A stretch of DNA of 64,000 nt from an uncultured Candidatus Rokubacteria bacterium (GTDB taxonomy: Bacteria; Methylomirabilota; Methylomirabilia; Rokubacteriales; CSP1-6): contig CAVVEU010000004.1 of assembly GCA_963747235.1 (NCBI GenBank), positions 163,317-227,316 on the forward strand, given 5' to 3'. Positions 41,462-51,406 of the stretch are shown one piece after another; position 1 is the first letter of the stretch; each line of letters begins with the position of its first letter. The position numbers and the translations under genes are program-made. The notes beneath the pieces are model-generated. The model searched no databases. It was not told the DNA's origin and was given only the letters and a program-made list of their open reading frames with translations.

Positions 41462-42325
41462 TTGGCGAAGAAGCGAGTGGTCGTGACGGGGGCGGCGGGC
41501 TACGTCGCCCAGCGGATGCTGCCGGAGCTCCGGGAGCGCTGGGACCTGGTGCTGCTCGACGTGCGGCCCACCACGCGCGACGGCAAGACGGTGCCCGGGC
41601 TGATGGTGGCGGACCTGACGAAGCCGGATCGCAACGAGTACCGGCAGCACTTCCGGGGCGCGGACGCGGTCATCCACTGCGGCTTCGTGAGCGCGCCCCG
41701 GCTCGACGCCACCACGTGGCAGGACAATAGCGACGCCAAGTTCTGGGCCGAGCACACCAACGTGGCGCTCGCCTACAACGTCTGCCGGGTCGCCCTCGAG
41801 GAGGGCGTGCGGCGGGTGGTGGTGTGCAGCTCCAATCACGCGGCCGACTACTACGAGCGCCTGGTGTGGGACGGCCGCCTCGACATGGTGACGCCCGAGA
41901 TGCCGCCGCGCTCGGACAACTGGTACGGCTGGGCCAAGGCGGCCTACGAGCTGCTGGGCTTCGTCTTCGCCACCGGCAAGGTGGACGGGCGCAAGCTCGA
42001 GATCGTGCAGTGGCGCATCGGGGGCCCGCGCGACGACGATATCGACCAGGTGAAGCCGGGCGACATCAAGGTCATGCACCGCGCGCTGGGCGCCTATCTG
42101 TCGAAGCGGGACCAGGTGCAGCAGGCGGTGCGCATGGTGGAGACCGAGGACATCCGGGACGAGCACGGGGTGCCGTTCCTCATCGTCTACGGCATCAGCG
42201 GCAACACGCACCGCTTCTGGTCCATCGCGAACGCGCGCGTGAAGCTGGGCTACGCGCCGGAGGACGACAGCCAGGTGAACTTCGCCGACAAGATCGCGGC
42301 GATCGCCAGGGTAGACCGGAGATGA
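41462..42325 (+). CDS. NAD-dependent epimerase/dehydratase (uronate-dehydrogenase-like)
   Basis: VTGAAGYV, SSNHA and YGWAK. TTG start after SD GAGGAG. Confidence 0.83.
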   Translation: MAKKRVVVTGAAGYVAQRMLPELRERWDLVLLDVRPTTRDGKTVPGLMVADLTKPDRNEYRQHFRGADAVIHCGFVSAPRLDATTWQDNSDAKFWAEHTNVALAYNVCRVALEEGVRRVVVCSSNHAADYYERLVWDGRLDMVTPEMPPRSDNWYGWAKAAYELLGFVFATGKVDGRKLEIVQWRIGGPRDDDIDQVKPGDIKVMHRALGAYLSKRDQVQQAVRMVETEDIRDEHGVPFLIVYGISGNTHRFWSIANARVKLGYAPEDDSQVNFADKIAAIARVDRR

Positions 42326-42525
42326 TCATGAACGCGGAAGAGGAGCTGAAGACGCTCGAGGAGACGCTGGTCCGCTTCCGGGAGACGCTCAAGGAAGTGA
42401 ACCGGCTCGGCGGCGACGGCATGGTCATGGTGCGGGAAGAGTGGCTCCTGCGCATCAAGGAGCTCGAGCTGCAGCGCGAGCACCTGAGCTACGTCGTGCG
42501 CAAGGGCCGCCGCCGCGCCGGCTAG
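42322..42525 (+). CDS. small hypothetical coiled-coil protein (~67 aa)
   Basis: ATGA overlap with the upstream gene, typical codon usage, and it fills the gap to the PhzF-family gene. Confidence 0.65.
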   Translation: MIMNAEEELKTLEETLVRFRETLKEVNRLGGDGMVMVREEWLLRIKELELQREHLSYVVRKGRRRAG

Positions 42526-42527
42526 CC

Positions 42528-43442
42528 GTGGCCACGCGGGATCTGCGGTTCGTCCAGGTGGACGTGTTCACCGAGCGCGTCTTCGGGGGGAATCCGCTCG
42601 CGGTGGTGTTCGAGGGGGCGGGTCTCACCGACGGGGAGATGCAGGCCATCGCGCGCGAGATGAATTGCTCGGAGACCACCTTCCTGCTGCCGCCGACGCG
42701 GCCCGACTGCGCGGCGCGGGTGCGGATCTTCACCCCGGCGCGCGAGCTGCCGTTCGCGGGCCATCCGACCATCGGGACCGCGTGGGTGCTCGCCACCGAG
42801 CAGCTCCTGCCCCCGAACACCCACCGCTTCAACCTGGAAGAAGGCATCGGGCCGGTCGAGGTGACCCTCGAGGGCGAGCCCGCGCAGCCGAGCTTTCTCT
42901 GGATGCGGCACGGGGAGGCGCGATTCGGGCCGGAGCTGACCGGGCGCGCCGGCTTCGCCCGGGCCCTGGGTCTGGCCGAGTCCGACCTGCTCGCGGGCGC
43001 GCCCATCTGCACCGGGTCCACCGGCAACACCTTCCTCTATATCCCGCTGCGCGACCGCGAGGTGGTGGACCGGGCGCGGCTCGACGTGCCCGCGCTGCTG
43101 GCCGCCCAGGGCGAGGGGCCGAACGTCGGGGTGTTCGTCTTCGCTCCCGATCCTGATCCGAAGGCCGGCCGCGTGTATTCGCGCATGTTCGCTCCCCACA
43201 CGTCGGGCATTCCGGAGGACCCGGCCACCGGCTCGGCGAGCGGGCCGCTCGGAGCCTATCTGGTCGAGCGCGGCCTGGTGACGCCCGCCGCCACCGTGGA
43301 TATCGTGAGCGAGCAGGGCACGCGCATGGGCCGGCCGAGCTTCATCCGGATCCGCGTCGGCATGACTGCCGGGCGCGTGAGCGAGATCCTGGTGGGCGGC
43401 AGCGTGGTGCCCGTGATCGAGGGCCGGCTGCGGGTGCCCTGA
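42528..43442 (+). CDS. PhzF family isomerase
   Basis: VDVFT...GGNPLAV, SETTF, ELPFAGHPTIG and EDPATGSA. Confidence 0.92.
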   Translation: MATRDLRFVQVDVFTERVFGGNPLAVVFEGAGLTDGEMQAIAREMNCSETTFLLPPTRPDCAARVRIFTPARELPFAGHPTIGTAWVLATEQLLPPNTHRFNLEEGIGPVEVTLEGEPAQPSFLWMRHGEARFGPELTGRAGFARALGLAESDLLAGAPICTGSTGNTFLYIPLRDREVVDRARLDVPALLAAQGEGPNVGVFVFAPDPDPKAGRVYSRMFAPHTSGIPEDPATGSASGPLGAYLVERGLVTPAATVDIVSEQGTRMGRPSFIRIRVGMTAGRVSEILVGGSVVPVIEGRLRVP

Positions 43443-43446
43443 CGCC

Positions 43447-44077
43447 ATGTACATCCCCAAGCAATTCCAGATCACCGACACCGCGTGGTGCCACACCCTC
43501 ATGCGGGCCCAGAGCTTCGCGGCCATGATCACGGCCGACGACGCGGGCGTGCCCTTCGCCACCCACCTGCCGATCCTGGTGGATCCCGCGCGCGGCCCGC
43601 TCGGCACCCTGCGCGGCCACGTGGCCCGCGCCAACCCGCACTGGCGCTACGTGGCCGCCGGCCGGCCGACCCTCGTGGTCTTCTCGGGCGCCCACGCCTA
43701 CGTCTCGCCCTCGTGGTACGCCACCCATCCGAGCGTGCCCACCTGGAACTACGTCGCGGTGCACGCCACCGGAACCGGCACGCTGGTCGAGGACCCCGAG
43801 CAGGTGAAGACGCTGCTCGCCGACCTGGTGCGCACCTACGAGAGCAGCGGGCCGACCGCGTGGTCCCTCGAAGGCCTCGCCGACGGATTACCTGGCGGGC
43901 ATGCAGCGGGGCATCGTGGCCTTCGAGATTCCCATCGAGCGGCTCGAGGGCAAGGCCAAGCTCAGCCAGAATCGCGACGCGGTGGATCAGGCGCGCACGC
44001 GGGAGGCGCTGGCCGCGTCGGACGATCCGCTGGCGCGGGCGGTGGCGGCGCTGATGGCCGGCGCGCCGCCGCGCTGA
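43447..44077 (+). CDS. paiB: FMN-binding split-barrel protein, PaiB family, apparent frameshift ~43885
   Basis: MYIP, GHVARANPHW, AYVSPSWY, VPTWNY and KLSQNR. Confidence 0.88.
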
Positions 44078-44080
44078 CCG

Positions 44081-44852
44081 CTACTCCCCGCGGAAGACCG
44101 GCTTTCGCTTCTCCAGCATCGCGCGGCGCCCTTCCTGCGCGTCCGCGCTGGAGCGGGCCTTCGTGGCCGCCGCGTCCAGGTCGTCGTGGACGATCCGCTC
44201 CGACGCCGAGGTCGCGCGCAGGATGCTCGCCTTGATCCCGGCCAGCGAGAGCGGCGCGTTGTCCGCGATGCGGCGCGCGAGCGCCTGCACCGCGGCGGAC
44301 AGGTCGTCCGCGGGCACCACCTGGTGCACCATGCCGATCTCGTAGGCGCGCCGCGCGTCGATCGGCTGGCCGGTGAACAGGAGCTGGCGCGTGTGCGCGG
44401 GGCCGATGATCTCCACCAGCTTCTGGCCCAGCGGGAAGGGGATCACGAGCCCGATGCGCGCCAGCGGCATGCCGAGCCGCGCGGGCTCCGCGGCCACCCG
44501 CAGGTCGCAGTGCAGGGCGAGCTCGCAGCCGCCCGCGATGGCGTCGCCGTGCAGCGCGGCGATCGTCGGGATGCTTCGACCGCTCCACCCGCTGCAGGAC
44601 CTGAACCACGTTGCCTTCCGGATCGGCCTCGCCGCGGCGCTGCTCCATCTCCTTGAGATCCATGCCCGAGCAGAAGGCCGGCCCGGCGCCCCGCACCACC
44701 ACCACGCGCACGTCGCGGCGGCCGTCCAGGTCGTCGAAGGTCGCGCGCAGGGCCTGCAGCAGCGGCGTGTTCATGGCATTGCGCTGGTCGGGACGGTTCA
44801 TGGTCACCGTCGCGATGCCCGAATCCACCGACAGCAGGATCTCGTCCGCCAT
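44081..44852 (-). CDS. enoyl-CoA hydratase/isomerase, apparent frameshift ~44567
   Basis: NRPDQRNAM, AFCSGMDL, AGGCELALHCDLR and EKRKPVFRG. Confidence 0.9.
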
Positions 44853-44866
44853 GTGTCGCCTCCGGG

Positions 44867-45871
44867 TTACGCGCCGGGCGCCATCGCCCGCAACGCATTC
44901 AGCATGAGATCGCGCTTCTTCTTGGGATCCTGCTCGGTCGTCATGAGCGAGAGGAACGCGGTGTCGATGCCGCGGTCCAGGTAGAGCTGGATGCGCGCCT
45001 TGAGCTCGGCCAGGGTCCCGCACGGGATCAGATCGTCCATCACCCGGGTGGGGATGGCGGCCACCGCGCCCTTGCGGTCGCCCGCGTCCCACGCGGCCCA
45101 CATGGGGCCGAGCGCCTCGGTGCGGCCGAGCCATTCCTGGAACGCGCGGTAGACCGGGACGTTCAGGTATCCCGCGATGTGGCGACGGACCACCAGCTCC
45201 GCCTCGGGGCCGGGCGGATCGAGGTTGACGAAGAGCCGCGCGGTGACCTCGATGGCCTCCGGATCGCGCCCGGCCTGCTTCGCGGCCTCGCGCACCACGG
45301 AGACCGAGCGCGGCACGTCGTCGGGCGAGAGCCAGTTGAGGATCACCCCGTCGCCCACCTGGCCCGCGACTCGCAGCATCCCTTCGCGAAGAGCCGCGAT
45401 GTGGATCGGTACCGGCTGCGCGGGTACCTTTGTCAGGCGGAATCCGTCAACGGTGAACGTCTCGCCCTTGAACACCACGCGCTCGCCGGCCAGGGCCGCG
45501 CGCAGGAACTGGGCGGTCTCGCGCACGCGCGTGGCCGGCCGGCTGAACTTGCCGCCGTTCCAGGACTCCACGATGGGCTGCGAGCCCGCGCCGATGCCCA
45601 GCACGAAGCGGCCGGGCGCGACGTCGGCCAGCCCGGCGGCGGTGGAGGCGAGCGTGGCGGGCCCGCGCGTGTAGACGTTCGCGATCGCGGTGCCGATCCG
45701 CATCCGTGTGGCGAGCCCGATGACGGTCAGCGGGGTGAAGGCGTCCACGCCGTCCACCTCGAAGGACCAGGCGTCGGTGTAGCCGAGCCGCTCGGCCTCG
45801 CGCGCCACCTCCGCCAGCTCGGGCAGGGCGAAGCCGTCCATCGGCACCGACAGGGACCAGCGCTTCCTCAT
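44867..45871 (-). CDS. LLM class (probably F420-dependent) oxidoreductase
   Basis: GYTDAWSFE, DAFTPL, GTAIANVYTRGP and GRFVLGIG. Confidence 0.9.
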   Translation of the reverse strand: MRKRWSLSVPMDGFALPELAEVAREAERLGYTDAWSFEVDGVDAFTPLTVIGLATRMRIGTAIANVYTRGPATLASTAAGLADVAPGRFVLGIGAGSQPIVESWNGGKFSRPATRVRETAQFLRAALAGERVVFKGETFTVDGFRLTKVPAQPVPIHIAALREGMLRVAGQVGDGVILNWLSPDDVPRSVSVVREAAKQAGRDPEAIEVTARLFVNLDPPGPEAELVVRRHIAGYLNVPVYRAFQEWLGRTEALGPMWAAWDAGDRKGAVAAIPTRVMDDLIPCGTLAELKARIQLYLDRGIDTAFLSLMTTEQDPKKKRDLMLNALRAMAPGA

Positions 45872-45963
45872 GTCCGGGCTCTCTCCTCGATGTGTCGTCT
45901 GCCGGCCCGCCGGGCCGCCCCCGAGTGTACCCGGTTTTCCGGGCGGTGGTATCATCCCCCACC

Positions 45964-47127
45964 ATGACGGTGTTCCCCGGCTTCACCCTTCCGGAGGAGC
46001 TGCGCCTGCTCGGCGATCAGATCCGCCGGTTCGTGCACGACGAGATCATTCCGCTCGAGCAGACCATCGATCCCGATGCGCCCGAGATCCCGCGCGAGGA
46101 CTTCGTGCGCCTCTCCGCCAAGACCAAGGCGGCCGGCCTGTGGACGCTCGGCGCGCGCGAGGAGTACGGGGGCGGCGGGCTCGATACGTTCAGCATGTGC
46201 GTCGTGCTGGAGGCGATGTCGCAGCACCGCATGGGCCTCTACAACCCGGGCTGCGGCGTCTTCGGCCGCTACCCGCCGCCCGCGATCTGGGCGGGCAGCA
46301 AGGCGCAGATCGAGAAGTACGCGGTGCCCGCGCTGCGCGAGGGCTACGAGACATTCTTCGCGATCACCGAGCCCTCGGGCGGCTCCGATCCGGCCGGCGC
46401 GATCCAGACCCGCGCGGAGCGGCGCGGCGACAAGTGGGTGCTCAATGGTCGGAAGGTCTTCATCTCCCGCGCGCACGACGCGCCCTGGGGGATCGTCTTC
46501 GCCCGCACCGACAAGGGCAAGGGCCGCGGCGGCATCTCCTGCTTCATCCTGGAGCACGGCACGCCCGGCTTCACCGCCAAGCCCATCCGGGTGATCCGCA
46601 CCTCGGCGATTCCCAACGACGTGACCTTCGAGGACTGCGAGATTCCCGCCGAGAACCTGATCGGCCAGGAAGGGCAGGGCCTCGACCTGGCCTTCGATCT
46701 GCTGGTCAAGAACCGGTTCCCGTACTCGGCCTGCAATCTGGGCGTGGCGACGGCGGCGCACCGCATGGCGGTCGCCCACGCCAAGCAGCGCTCGACGTTC
46801 GGCGCACCGCTGAGCCAGCGCCAGGCCATCCAGTGGATGCTGGCCGACGCGGAAGTGGAGCTGCGCGCGTGCCGCTGGCTCATCTGGGAAGGCGCGTGGA
46901 AGGCCGATCGCGGCGAGGACGCGCGGGTCGAGGCCTCCATCGCCAAGCTCTACTCGAGCGAGGTGCTGGGGCGCGTGATCGACGCGGCGGTGCAGATCCA
47001 CGGCGGCTACGGGGTGTCGAAGGAGTTCCCGCTGGAGCGCTGGTATCGCGAGGCCCGCGTGCGCCGCATCGGCGAGGGGCCGTCGGAAGTCCACCGCATG
47101 GTCATCGCTCGCTCACTGTTCCGGTAA
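45964..47127 (+). CDS. acyl-CoA dehydrogenase
   Basis: FAITEPSGGSD, LNGRKVFIS, QIHGGYG and RIGEGPSE. Confidence 0.93.
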   Translation: MTVFPGFTLPEELRLLGDQIRRFVHDEIIPLEQTIDPDAPEIPREDFVRLSAKTKAAGLWTLGAREEYGGGGLDTFSMCVVLEAMSQHRMGLYNPGCGVFGRYPPPAIWAGSKAQIEKYAVPALREGYETFFAITEPSGGSDPAGAIQTRAERRGDKWVLNGRKVFISRAHDAPWGIVFARTDKGKGRGGISCFILEHGTPGFTAKPIRVIRTSAIPNDVTFEDCEIPAENLIGQEGQGLDLAFDLLVKNRFPYSACNLGVATAAHRMAVAHAKQRSTFGAPLSQRQAIQWMLADAEVELRACRWLIWEGAWKADRGEDARVEASIAKLYSSEVLGRVIDAAVQIHGGYGVSKEFPLERWYREARVRRIGEGPSEVHRMVIARSLFR

Positions 47128-47146
47128 TTCCAGAGAGGTCAGGTCA

Positions 47147-48295
47147 ATGGCGACATTCAACTTCGAGCTCTCCACGCTTCCCCCCGAGGCGGAGGCGCTG
47201 CGCGACGAGGTCCGCACCTTCCTCAAGCAGGAGATGGCCCAGTACCGGCCCGCGGACCGCGCGCGCTCCTGGGGCGGGTTCAACCGCGACTTCTCGCGCC
47301 GCATGGGCGAGCGCGGCTGGATCGGCATGACGTGGCCCAAGAAGTACGGCGGCCACGAGCGCACCGCGCTCGAGCGCTACGTGGTGCTCGAGGAGACGCT
47401 GGCCGCGGGCGCGCCGGTGAGCGCGCACTGGGTGGCCGACCGCCAGAGCGGTCCGCTGCTCCTGCGCTTCGGCACCGAGGAGCAGCGCCAGCGCTTTCTT
47501 CCGCGAATCTCTCGGGGTGAATTGGCCTTCGCCATCGGCATGAGCGAGCCGGACTCGGGCTCGGACCTGGCCTCGGTCCGCACGCGGGCCGAGAAGGTGG
47601 CGGGCGGCTACAAGGTCAACGGCACCAAGATCTGGACGAGCAACGCGCATCTCTCCGACTACGCGATCGCGCTCTTCCGCACCAAGGTGGTGCCGGACAA
47701 GAAGCACGAGGGCCTCTCCCAGTTCCTGGTGGATCTCAAGTCGCCGGGCATCTCGATCCGCCCGATCATCGACCTGGCCGGCGGGCACCACTTCAACGAG
47801 GTGCACTTCCAGGACTGCCTGGTGCCCGACGACATGCTGGTCGGCAAGGACGGCGAGGGCTGGAAGCAGGTGACCACCGAGCTCGGCTTCGAGCGCAGCG
47901 GGCCCGAGCGCTATCTCTCCTCGCTCCAGCTCGTGATCGAGCTGATCCGCGAGGCCGGCAAGGAGCCGCCCGAGCGGGCGGCCGCGCTGATCGGCCACTT
48001 CACGGCGCACCTGGTGACGCTGCGCCAGATGTCGCTCTCGATCGCCACCATGCTCCAGGCCGGGCTGAACCCGAACCTGGAGGCCGCGGTGATGAAGGAC
48101 ATCGGCACCACCTTCGAGCAGGAGATCCCGGAGGCGGTGCACTCGCTCACCGGCGCCGAGCCGCGCATCGGCAGTGGGACCGAGTTCGAGAAGACGCTGG
48201 GCTACCTGGTCCAGCACGCGCCGTCGTTTTCATTGAGGGGTGGAACGCGAGAAGTCTTGAGAGGGATCATCGCCCGCGGTCTGGGTCTGCGGTAG
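47147..48295 (+). CDS. acyl-CoA dehydrogenase (probable catalytic subunit of a heteromer)
   Basis: GMSEPDSGSDLAS, NGTKIWTS, FNEV, GFERSG and SLRGGTREV. Confidence 0.92.
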   Translation: MATFNFELSTLPPEAEALRDEVRTFLKQEMAQYRPADRARSWGGFNRDFSRRMGERGWIGMTWPKKYGGHERTALERYVVLEETLAAGAPVSAHWVADRQSGPLLLRFGTEEQRQRFLPRISRGELAFAIGMSEPDSGSDLASVRTRAEKVAGGYKVNGTKIWTSNAHLSDYAIALFRTKVVPDKKHEGLSQFLVDLKSPGISIRPIIDLAGGHHFNEVHFQDCLVPDDMLVGKDGEGWKQVTTELGFERSGPERYLSSLQLVIELIREAGKEPPERAAALIGHFTAHLVTLRQMSLSIATMLQAGLNPNLEAAVMKDIGTTFEQEIPEAVHSLTGAEPRIGSGTEFEKTLGYLVQHAPSFSLRGGTREVLRGIIARGLGLR

Positions 48296-48304
48296 GAGAC
48301 TGAC

Positions 48305-49375
48305 ATGAACGAGCTGCAGACGATCCTCGCCGAGACGTGCACGCGCCTCTTCACCGATCACGTCACCACCGCGGTGCTGGAGGGCGCCGAGAAGGGCGAG
48401 TGGCCCGCCGCGCTCTGGCAGGCGCTGGAGGAGAACGGCCTCACGCTGCCGCAGGTGCCGGAGGCCCGCGGGGGCGCCGGTGGCTCGTGGAACGACGCCT
48501 TCGTGGTGCTGATGGCGGCCGGCCGCTTCGCGGCGCCGGTGCCGCTGGCCGAGACCATCCTGGCCGGCTCGATCCTGGCCGAGGCGGGCCTGGACGCGCC
48601 CCTCGGGCCCATGACCGTGGCGCCCGTGCATATCGATGAAGGCCTCACCCTGGCCCGGCAGGGCGGCGGCTTCACCCTGAGCGGCCGCGCGACCCGCGTG
48701 CCGTGGGGCGCGCGCGCCGAGCACGTGGTGGTGGTGGCCGACGCGGGCGGATCGCCGATGATCGCGCTGGTGGCCGGCTCCGCCGCGAAGACCGAGGCCG
48801 ACGCGAGCCTCGCGCGCGAGCCGCGCGACACGCTCACCTGGTCCGGCGCGCCGGTCGTGGCCGCGGCGCCGCTGCGCGGCCGGCTCGGCGCGCAGCCGGT
48901 GTGGGCGGGCGGCGCGCTGGTGCGCGCGGCGCAGATGGCGGGCGGGCTCGAGTTCCTGCTCGCCCAGTCGGTGAAGTACGTGACCGAGCGCAAGCAGTTC
49001 GGCCGGCCGCTCGCCGCGTTCCAGGCCATCCAGCAGAACCTGGCGCTCCTGGCCGGGCACACCGCGGCGGCCGGCATGGCGGCGCAGCAGGCCTTCCACA
49101 TCGTGGAGCGCACCGGCGAGGGCGGCGACGCGACATTCGAGATCGCGGTCGCGAAGGTTCGAACGGGCGAGGCGGCGAGCCTGGGCGCGGGCATCGCGCA
49201 CCAGGCGCACGGCGCCATCGGGTTCACCTACGAGCACTCGCTGCACTTCGTCACGCGGCGGCTGTGGTCCTGGCGGGCCGAGTTCGGCGCGGAGAACCAC
49301 TGGTCGGTGGCGCTCGGGCGCCAGGTCGCGACGCGCGGCGCGGAGGCGCTCTGGCCGCACATGACGTCCCGCTAG
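48305..49375 (+). CDS. acyl-CoA dehydrogenase-like partner subunit
   Basis: ERKQFGRPLAAFQAIQ and HQAHGAIGFTYEH; lacks the TEP/GSD motif. Confidence 0.88.
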   Translation: MNELQTILAETCTRLFTDHVTTAVLEGAEKGEWPAALWQALEENGLTLPQVPEARGGAGGSWNDAFVVLMAAGRFAAPVPLAETILAGSILAEAGLDAPLGPMTVAPVHIDEGLTLARQGGGFTLSGRATRVPWGARAEHVVVVADAGGSPMIALVAGSAAKTEADASLAREPRDTLTWSGAPVVAAAPLRGRLGAQPVWAGGALVRAAQMAGGLEFLLAQSVKYVTERKQFGRPLAAFQAIQQNLALLAGHTAAAGMAAQQAFHIVERTGEGGDATFEIAVAKVRTGEAASLGAGIAHQAHGAIGFTYEHSLHFVTRRLWSWRAEFGAENHWSVALGRQVATRGAEALWPHMTSR

Positions 49376-49384
49376 GAGACAGAC

Positions 49385-50279
49385 ATGCACACGCTCACGC
49401 TCGGCGAAGTGGCCATCTCGCGGATCACCGAGATCGGCCGCTCGGCCTTTCCCACCACCCAGATGCTCCCGGAGTCCGACGCCGGGCGGATCGTGCAGCA
49501 CCACCGCTGGATCAAGCCGCACTTCTTCGACGACGTGACGGGTGACATGGGCTCGCGCATCCAGACCTGGATCGTGCGGACGCCGCGGCACACGGTGCTG
49601 ATGGACACCGGGGTGGGCAACGACAAGAGCCGGCACGAGACCGATCTCTGGAACAAGCGGCAAGGCGGCTACCTCGACGATCTGCGCGCGGCCGGCGTCA
49701 CGCCGGAGCAGGTGGACCTGGTGCTGTGCACGCACCTGCACGTGGACCACGTGGGCTGGAACACGCGGCTCGTGGACGGGCGCTGGGTGCCCACGTTCCC
49801 GAAGGCCAAGTACGTCTTCCCGGGCGAGGAGTGGGAGTTCTGGAAGCACGAGAACGAGGCCGGGCGCGAGAAGTCGGGCTGCATCGCGGACAGCGTGGTG
49901 CCGGTGGTGGAGGCGGGGCAGGCGGTGATGGTCGACAGCGCGTACACGGTGGACCCGTGGCTCGCCTACGAGCCGTGGGTGGGCCACACGCCGGGCCACG
50001 TCGGCGTGCGCGCTGCACACCAGCGCGGGCGACGCGGTCTTCTCCGGCGACCTCATGCACCGCGTGGTGCAGGTGGCGGAGCCGCAGTGGAGCAGCATCT
50101 TCTGCTACGACGCCAAGCAGGCCGCGGCCACGCGCAAGGCCTTCGTCGAGCGGCACGCCGCCTCGGGCGACCTGGTGCTGCCCGCCCACTTCCCGCATCC
50201 CGGGCGCATCGTGCGCGACGGCGACGGCCACCGCTTCGAGCCGGTCATGCTGGACGCGATCGCGGCGGCGAAGGCGTGA
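49385..50279 (+). CDS. MBL-fold metallo-hydrolase (lactonase-like), apparent frameshift ~50012
   Basis: THLHVDHVG, GHTPGH, GDLMH and PAHF. Confidence 0.9.
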
Positions 50280-51406
50280 GCGCCGCGCCGATGCTCCCGC
50301 TCGAGGGCATTCGCGTCGTCGAGGTCGCGCAGAACCTGGCCGGGCCGATGGCGGCCGAGATCCTGGCCCACATGGGCGCCGACGTCATCAAGGTGGAGCG
50401 GCCGGAGGGCGACGACGCGCGCAAGTGGGGGCCGCCCTTCTGGAAGGGCGTCTCGCCGGGATTCCTCGCGGTCAACGCCAACAAGCGCGGGATCAGCCTC
50501 GATCTCAAGGACCCGAAGGCGGTCGCGTGGCTCCTCGATTTCGTCGGCACCGCCGACGTGCTGGTCCAGAACCTGCGGCCGGGCTCGCTCGAGGAGATGG
50601 GGCTCGGGCCCGACACGCTGCTCGCGCGTCACCCGCGGCTCATCTACTGCTCGGTGTGGGCCTTCGGGCGCTCGGGCCCGCTCAAGATGAAGCCGGGCTT
50701 CGAGCCGATGGTGCAGGCCTTCTCCGGCCTCATGATGATGAACGGCGACGAGGGCGGGCCGCCGACCCGCATCGGCACGTCCATTCTCGACTACGGCACC
50801 GGCATGTGGACCGCGATGGGCGCGCTCGCCGGGCTCGTGCAGCGCCAGCAGACCGGGCGCGGGTGCGTGGTGGACGCCTCGCTCTACGAGACCGGCCTCG
50901 CGTGGCTCAAGGGCCACTTCGCGAGCTATCGCGCCTCCGGCGAGGTGCCGGAGCGCCATCGCACCGGGAGCAAGCGGGTCGTGCCGTTCCAGGGTTTCGA
51001 GACCAAGACCGGCACCATCATCGTCGCCGCCGGCAACGACCGCCTCTTCGCCAAGCTGGCGACCGTCGTGGGCCACCCGGAGTGGGCCAAGGACGAGCGC
51101 TTCACCACCAATGCCGCGCGGGTCGAGAACAAGGCCGCGCTGCTCGCCGAGCTCGACGCGATCTTCCTGACCCGCACCAAGGGCGAGTGGATCGACCTGC
51201 TGGAAGCGGGCGGCGTGCCCTGCGGGCCCATCCACACCCTGCCCGAGGCGGTCACGCAGCCCCAGGCCCAGGCCCTCGGCATCATCCAGCGCCTCCCCGG
51301 CGACGACTACGACGTCGTCTCGCTCCCGCTCTCGTTCGACGGCCAGCGCCCCCCGATCCGCCGCGCCCCCCCGCGCATCGGCGAGCACAACGCGGAGATG
51401 AAGTAG
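50276..51406 (+). CDS. CoA-transferase family III (CaiB/BaiF)
   Basis: LAGP, MGADVIKVERP, NANKR, QNLRPG and PPRIGEHN. GTGA overlap. Confidence 0.92.
   Translation: MSAAPMLPLEGIRVVEVAQNLAGPMAAEILAHMGADVIKVERPEGDDARKWGPPFWKGVSPGFLAVNANKRGISLDLKDPKAVAWLLDFVGTADVLVQNLRPGSLEEMGLGPDTLLARHPRLIYCSVWAFGRSGPLKMKPGFEPMVQAFSGLMMMNGDEGGPPTRIGTSILDYGTGMWTAMGALAGLVQRQQTGRGCVVDASLYETGLAWLKGHFASYRASGEVPERHRTGSKRVVPFQGFETKTGTIIVAAGNDRLFAKLATVVGHPEWAKDERFTTNAARVENKAALLAELDAIFLTRTKGEWIDLLEAGGVPCGPIHTLPEAVTQPQAQALGIIQRLPGDDYDVVSLPLSFDGQRPPIRRAPPRIGEHNAEMK

Noticed and set aside
42528-43442. Phenazine biosynthesis cluster
   Set aside because: Only a PhzF-family gene is present; there is no phzA/B, D, E or G. The family is widespread outside phenazine synthesis.
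49385-51406. Apparent MBL-hydrolase/CoA-transferase fusion (673 aa)
   Set aside because: The MBL C-terminus (GDLMH...PAHF, stop 50279) is in another frame; one indel near 50012 creates the fusion.
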